Positions 58,414 through 59,628 of a DNA stretch of 59,628 nucleotides are shown piece by piece. This DNA comes from Flavobacteriales bacterium (GTDB lineage Bacteria > Bacteroidota > Bacteroidia > Flavobacteriales > Flavobacteriaceae). The translations under genes were made by a program, and so were the position numbers. The stretch's first letter is position 1. Every line of letters starts with the position of its first letter. Where the stretch lies: positions 1-59,628 of the forward strand of contig JAMONO010000175.1 of the NCBI GenBank assembly GCA_027065715.1, in the 5' to 3' direction. The notes beneath the pieces were generated by a model that saw only the letters and a program-made list of their open reading frames with translations, was not told the DNA's origin and ran no database searches.

Positions 58414-59172
58414 TTATTGCTTAACTTTAAAATATTTGTTCTTGAAATTAATAGCCAATATCAACAATACAAAACCGGCTAAACCTACAAAGAAACCAAT
58501 ATATGGATATGACATGGTGGTAAACTGAGCCACTTTTCCTTCACCGAAAACCGTAGGCATAAACGGTTTGATACCGTTAAAAGCTCCTCCTCCGTGTAAA
58601 CCGAGATGGTGCCCATACCAATAAAGATAATATACGTAAATAAACAAGAAATAAAACGGGGTTAAAGCAGTTAAAACGGCAGCCCATGTTAATTTTTTCT
58701 TGTCGATAAAAACAAACAGCAATCCTAATACAGCCAACAAACCGAAAGCTATTTTGGCATTACGCATAATTCCGTCCAAAACTTTTAAAGCTCCAGGTAT
58801 TTTGTCATCGGGAATACTGTCGCCGGCATATACGGGATATTTTACATGATTACCCAATTCGTCCACATCATTTACCCCTTGCACAATAGGATACATACCG
58901 ATAAAGTGGTTAATTTTGTTCATCTCAATCAAACAATCGGCACCGGCATCCATAGCCAATTCTTCACGTTCACGCACCCCTTTACAACCGTTGTAAACCC
59001 CGTCATATTTAAATTCAATTCGAATTCCTTTGGGATACATGGCTTTGGGATATTGAATACTTTGTAAAGCAACCCACCAAATAGGCAAAAAGTAGGTAGC
59101 CACAATTAAAGCTGTTCCCAACAGTCCGAAAACCATATACAGCATTTTGAACTTTTTAGCATTTCCATTCAT
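58414..59172 (-). CDS. nosB: NosB-like integral membrane protein (clade II nos accessory)
   Basis: A 252-aa protein with four predicted TM helices and a large extracytoplasmic loop. It sits directly upstream of nosD, as nosB does in Wolinella-type clusters. The assignment rests on context. Confidence 0.5.
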   Translation of the reverse strand: MNGNAKKFKMLYMVFGLLGTALIVATYFLPIWWVALQSIQYPKAMYPKGIRIEFKYDGVYNGCKGVREREELAMDAGADCLIEMNKINHFIGMYPIVQGVNDVDELGNHVKYPVYAGDSIPDDKIPGALKVLDGIMRNAKIAFGLLAVLGLLFVFIDKKKLTWAAVLTALTPFYFLFIYVYYLYWYGHHLGLHGGGAFNGIKPFMPTVFGEGKVAQFTTMSYPYIGFFVGLAGFVLLILAINFKNKYFKVKQ

Positions 59173-59254
59173 AATAATAAGTTTTAATTTTAGACAAATT
59201 TATAATGATTTTAAATAACAATCAAATAATTTAACTATTATTTTTAACAAATTA

Positions 59255-59273
59255 GGCTGCCAATATTGACAGC
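59255..59273 (-). other. Short hairpin between the cytochrome c ORF and the nosB-like gene
   Basis: Stem GGCTG (59255..59259) pairs with CAGCC (59269..59273), extended by flanking AATT pairs. On the minus strand only a weak T-rich stretch follows. Confidence 0.3.
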
Positions 59274-59304
59274 CCAATTTGTTGAATTATAAACAATTAA
59301 AGAA

Positions 59305-59628
59305 CTATTGCATATCTTTAATAACTTGTTCCGATTTGGCTTTCATATACTCAATCAACTTATCGACATCTTTGGGGTCAACATGTTGATTGGGCATTGC
59401 CAATTTGAAGGTTTGACGCATGGCTTCGATGTCTGCATCTTTGTATTTGGATTCGGGATCCAAAATCCACTCTCTTAACCATTTGTCATCTCTACGTTTG
59501 TGAACCATTAACAAGTCGGGTCCGTTAAACGGCTCTCCGAATTTGTGACAAGCGTTACAACCGTAGTTCAAGAATTCAATTTCACCCGGCAACATATTTT
59601 TCAACTCGATAGCCGAAGGTTTGAAGGC
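59305..59628 (-). CDS. Class I c-type cytochrome domain, open at the window edge (a separate cytochrome, or the C-terminal domain of a larger protein such as a cNosZ)
   Basis: Heme motif CNACH and a distal Met region (KLAMPNQ). The reading frame stays open upstream of the reported TTG at 59604 to position 59628 (AFKPSAIELKNMLPGE...). Confidence 0.75.
   Translation of the reverse strand, partial: AFKPSAIELKNMLPGEIEFLNYGCNACHKFGEPFNGPDLLMVHKRRDDKWLREWILDPESKYKDADIEAMRQTFKLAMPNQHVDPKDVDKLIEYMKAKSEQVIKDMQ

Overview
This is a visibly AT-rich, densely packed chromosomal segment that reads like core genome of a Bacteroidota (Flavobacteriia-like) organism. Supporting signs are TAnnTTTG-type promoter boxes, the bamA-skp-skp-uppS arrangement, an Omp28-like lipoprotein and the sigma54 activator-lptE-secG-groEL neighbourhood. 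Main contents, left to right:
- The complete Na+-translocating NADH:quinone reductase operon nqrABCDEF on the minus strand.
- A CBS protein, an Nramp-USP fusion transporter, tpx, meaB, gpmI, rimO, apbE and gltA.
- skp/skp/bamA/uppS, trmH-like, cytochrome b561, rplS and groEL, with no groES next to groEL.
- secG, lptE-like, a sensor-less sigma54 activator, an arsC-family gene, a DMT transporter and yicC.
- An enoyl-CoA hydratase, pdxA, dps, a TonB-dependent receptor, an esterase, yigZ, tRNA-Leu and fabD.
- An M16 peptidase pair, menA, kdsB, a TlpA-like thioredoxin and tRNA-Ala.
- At the right end, a clade II-style nitrous-oxide reductase accessory cluster. In transcription order it is a cytochrome c domain cut by the window edge, nosB-like, nosD, a dimeric dUTPase, nosG, nosH, nosF, nosL, nosY, then an exported pentapeptide-repeat lipoprotein and YceI.

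I saw no CRISPR array, transposase, integrase or rRNA. No multi-gene block of unknown function stands out. The most unusual material is:
- The composition of the nos cluster: a NosGH module, an embedded Campylobacter-like dimeric dUTPase, nosL before nosY, and twin GC-rich hairpins.
- groEL lacking an adjacent groES.
- A conserved stem-loop repeated in two intergenic gaps inside the nqr operon.

All family calls come from motif recognition by eye, with no database search.
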